In this document: positions 62,047 to 64,000 of the stretch, piece after piece
Layout of the letters: each line of letters starts with the position of its first letter
Position numbering within the stretch: the first letter of the stretch is position 1
Source of the DNA: Candidatus Saccharibacteria bacterium UBA6258
GTDB lineage: Bacteria; Patescibacteriota; Saccharimonadia; Saccharimonadales; Saccharimonadaceae
Length of the DNA stretch: 64,000 bases
Assembly (NCBI GenBank): GCA_002441145.1
Contig: DJVK01000006.1
Location: forward strand, 41 to 64,040
Reading direction: 5' to 3'
Program-made: the position numbers and the translations under genes
Notes under the pieces: model-generated
Databases searched by the model: none
Told to the model about the DNA's origin: nothing
The model's input: the letters and a program-made list of their open reading frames with translations, nothing else

Positions 62047-62595
62047 ATGCTCCCAACATTTATTACTGGCAATCAAAACAAAGCTGATTATTTATCTCGT
62101 CAACTTGGTGTCGAGCTGAAGCATCATAAACTCGATCTCGATGAGATTCAGTCGACCGACTTGCACGTAATCGTCGAACATAAGTTGCGTCAAGCATACG
62201 AACAGCTCAATGTGCCGGTACTCGTTGAAGACGTTAGCTTAGCATACGACGCATTAAATGGCTTACCCGGCCCGTATATAAAATGGTTCGTCGACCAGGC
62301 AGGCGACGATGCATGTTGCCGAATGCTCGATGGGTTTGATAATCGCGGTGCGATTATCCGGTGTACATTTGGCTACTTTGACGGGCAGCGAATGGAGTTT
62401 TTTGATAGTGAGTTGGCGGGTACGATTAGTGATACTCCAAGGGGCGAGAATGGCTTCGGATTCGATCGATTTTTCATCAATAACGGGTATGACATTACGC
62501 GTGCTGAAATGGATCAAGCAGAAAACGAACGTACCTATGCCGAGCAGATGAAACCGTTTGGCAAGGTCCGCGAATTCATCAAGACGCTTGTATAG
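62047..62595 (+). CDS. rdgB: non-canonical purine NTP pyrophosphatase (HAM1/RdgB family)
   Basis: FITGNQNKADYL, GLPGPYIKWF, and FGFDRFF. Start at the ATG at 62047, after the upstream stop. Confidence 0.85.
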   Translation: MLPTFITGNQNKADYLSRQLGVELKHHKLDLDEIQSTDLHVIVEHKLRQAYEQLNVPVLVEDVSLAYDALNGLPGPYIKWFVDQAGDDACCRMLDGFDNRGAIIRCTFGYFDGQRMEFFDSELAGTISDTPRGENGFGFDRFFINNGYDITRAEMDQAENERTYAEQMKPFGKVREFIKTLV

Positions 62596-62619
62596 ACAAT
62601 GGTGGTATCATAGGGGTAT

Positions 62620-63381
62620 ATGCGTTACTTAAAACCTACTCGACTGTCTTGCTTTTCACCGCCAGTGATGATGGCCACGTTCCTTATTGAAATCGCGCTC
62701 GCTGTGTACATTAGCTGGCGCTACACGTTATCTGCAGTTACTAGGCTTGCCGTCGCGATATTATTCTTTTTAGCAATTTTTCAGCTTGCCGAATACAACG
62801 TGTGCGAAGGTAGTTTTGGTATTGATAGCCTGAACTGGGCGCGTTTGGGATATATCGCGATTACGATGTTGCCGCCACTCGGATTTCACTTGGCGACACG
62901 TATCGCTGGCGCCGAAAAGACGGGCTTGGTCACAGCGGCGTACGTTTCTGCCATTGCGTTTGCCGGATTTTTCGCGTTTTCTGGCCAAGGTATAACATCG
63001 CAGGCGTGTCTTGGTAATTACGTGATATTCTCGACGGCCCCAGGCGTGTCAGCCCTCTACTCAGCGTACTACTACGGTTGGCTCATTGTCGGAACTGTAT
63101 ACGCATTTTCGATGGCAAAGGTTGTTAGTAAGCCTGGGCACGCTGCAGCTCTACGCGCGCTGGCTGTCGGCTACCTGGCTTTCATTCTGCCAACCACGAC
63201 AGTGAATGTAATCGATCCTTCGACAATATCGGGTATTCCATCAATCATGTGCGGTTTCGCGGTCATATTGGCGATCCTTCTTGCTGGCGAGGTCTTGCCA
63301 CAGTACTATAAGCAGCCGTCGCTTAGCGGTAAATTACGTGGCTCTGGTATAATGAAGCCACATGGTAAAATTACCAAATAA
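62620..63381 (+). CDS. polytopic membrane protein (about 7 TM helices), unknown function
   Basis: Hydrophobic profile throughout. No soluble domain and no family confidently recognised. Confidence 0.65.
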   Translation: MRYLKPTRLSCFSPPVMMATFLIEIALAVYISWRYTLSAVTRLAVAILFFLAIFQLAEYNVCEGSFGIDSLNWARLGYIAITMLPPLGFHLATRIAGAEKTGLVTAAYVSAIAFAGFFAFSGQGITSQACLGNYVIFSTAPGVSALYSAYYYGWLIVGTVYAFSMAKVVSKPGHAAALRALAVGYLAFILPTTTVNVIDPSTISGIPSIMCGFAVILAILLAGEVLPQYYKQPSLSGKLRGSGIMKPHGKITK

Positions 63382-63721
63382 GACGCGGAAGGTACTCATT
63401 GGCTTTGCCGGCTGGACCGTTCTCTTGGTGGGACTCGTGATGGTGCCATACCCTGGGCCAGGCTGGGCGGTTGTCTTTATCGGTTTAACTATCTTGGCGC
63501 GAGAATTCCAATGGGCGCACGATCTCCATGTGTTCGCACACGGTAAATACTCAGCATGGCAAACATGGCTTATGCGTCAGCCAACGCACATCAAAGCCGC
63601 ATTCTGGGTGCTTACGTCCGCAACCGTAATCATCACTATTTGGCTGCTCAATGGATACGGATTGATTAATAATTGGTTCAGTCTCGGTCAAGACTGGATT
63701 GAATCTCCATTTTTTAAGTAA
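63362..63721 (+). CDS. PGPGW-motif small membrane protein
   Basis: VMVPYPGPGWAVVFIGLTILAREFQWA. Confidence 0.75.
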   Translation: MVKLPNKTRKVLIGFAGWTVLLVGLVMVPYPGPGWAVVFIGLTILAREFQWAHDLHVFAHGKYSAWQTWLMRQPTHIKAAFWVLTSATVIITIWLLNGYGLINNWFSLGQDWIESPFFK

Positions 63722-63755
63722 AAAAATATCCGCCCGGTTAAGGGCGGATATTTAA
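63721..63755. terminator. bidirectional intrinsic terminator
   Basis: AAAAAATATCCGCCC-GGTTAA-GGGCGGATATTT between convergent genes. Confidence 0.85.
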
Positions 63756-63775
63756 GTTTGGTTGCTAGGTATTAA

Positions 63776-64000
63776 CTACCAGCTACGCTGACGGAATGAA
63801 CCACCACCGTTGCCACCACCGTTACCACCGCGGTCGTTGCCGCCGAAGTCACGACGAGGTCGGTCTTCTTTTGGCTTAGCGATGCTTACAGCAATCGCGC
63901 GACCGTCAAGGTCTTGGCCGTTAAGCTGGTCAACAGCTTTTTGGTTGTTTGCTTCATCTTTGAATTCAACAAAGCCGAAGCCCTTTGAACGACCAGTGTC
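63776..64000 (-). CDS. RRM-type RNA-binding protein with a Gly-rich tail (3' part only; runs off the window)
   Basis: My minus-strand translation is ...DTGRSKGFGFVEFKDEANNQKAVDQLNGQDLDGRAIAVSIAKPKEDRPRRDFGGNDRGGNGGGNGGGSFRQRSW*. RNP-1 motif KGFGFVEF. Stop TAG at 63778-63776. Confidence 0.8.
   Translation of the reverse strand, partial: DTGRSKGFGFVEFKDEANNQKAVDQLNGQDLDGRAIAVSIAKPKEDRPRRDFGGNDRGGNGGGNGGGSFRQRSW

Noticed and set aside
1-64000. Searched by eye for CRISPR arrays, IS elements/transposases, integrases, prophage blocks, rRNA genes, and known defence or toxin systems.
   Set aside because: I found no regularly spaced repeats, no transposase or integrase-like ORF, and no phage structural genes. 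The only repeats found are the short tRNA-associated ones reported above. Absence is judged by reading, not by a computed search.

Overview
This is a gene-dense, mostly plus-strand chromosomal segment from a small-genome bacterium. The gene content includes FtsA, three type IV pilin-like genes, LPXTG sortase substrates, compacted AlaRS/MetRS/UvrC and peptidoglycan-remodelling enzymes, with almost no biosynthesis. Together with the promoter style, this fits a CPR/Patescibacteria, Saccharibacteria (TM7)-like organism; that placement is inference only. I call about 62 CDS and 4 tRNAs (Glu-UUC, Leu-GAG, Cys-GCA, Leu-UAA). I also call one tRNA-Glu-like remnant, several intrinsic terminators and a few promoters/operators. 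Core blocks are pyk-pgk-tpiA; pcrA; rsmA; metG-tatD; cysteine desulfurase-DUF218-mnmA-alaS; ftsA; ruvX-mltG; a LysM/CHAP hydrolase; obg; sbcB; uvrA; rplY; a DEAH helicase; an ABC exporter; trhO; a Fur-like regulator plus trxA; uvrC; an M24 peptidase; secG; htpX; ligA; rdgB. I found no CRISPR array, IS/transposase, integrase, prophage, rRNA, or recognisable defence, toxin or secretion system, so I cannot point to a large novel multi-gene system here. What stands out is small-scale. (1) A 57-nt structured element occurs twice, each time just 3' of a different tRNA gene and bracketed by duplicated local sequence. (2) The tRNA-Glu 3' end is reiterated in decaying copies, next to a split tRNA-Glu-like remnant. 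(3) A ~1.1-kb islet at tRNA-Leu(GAG) is flanked by a repeat of the tRNA 3' end and carries one very GC-rich and one very AT-rich small gene. (4) A second GC-rich orphan ORF sits under a consensus promoter. (5) TANAAT-N6-10-start-codon (leaderless-type) gene starts are pervasive. (6) A long structured leader, possibly a c-di-AMP (ydaO-type) riboswitch, precedes the LysM/CHAP hydrolase. (7) An orphan reverse gene and an ftsA + bitopic membrane protein pair are wedged into the alaS-ruvX-mltG neighbourhood.
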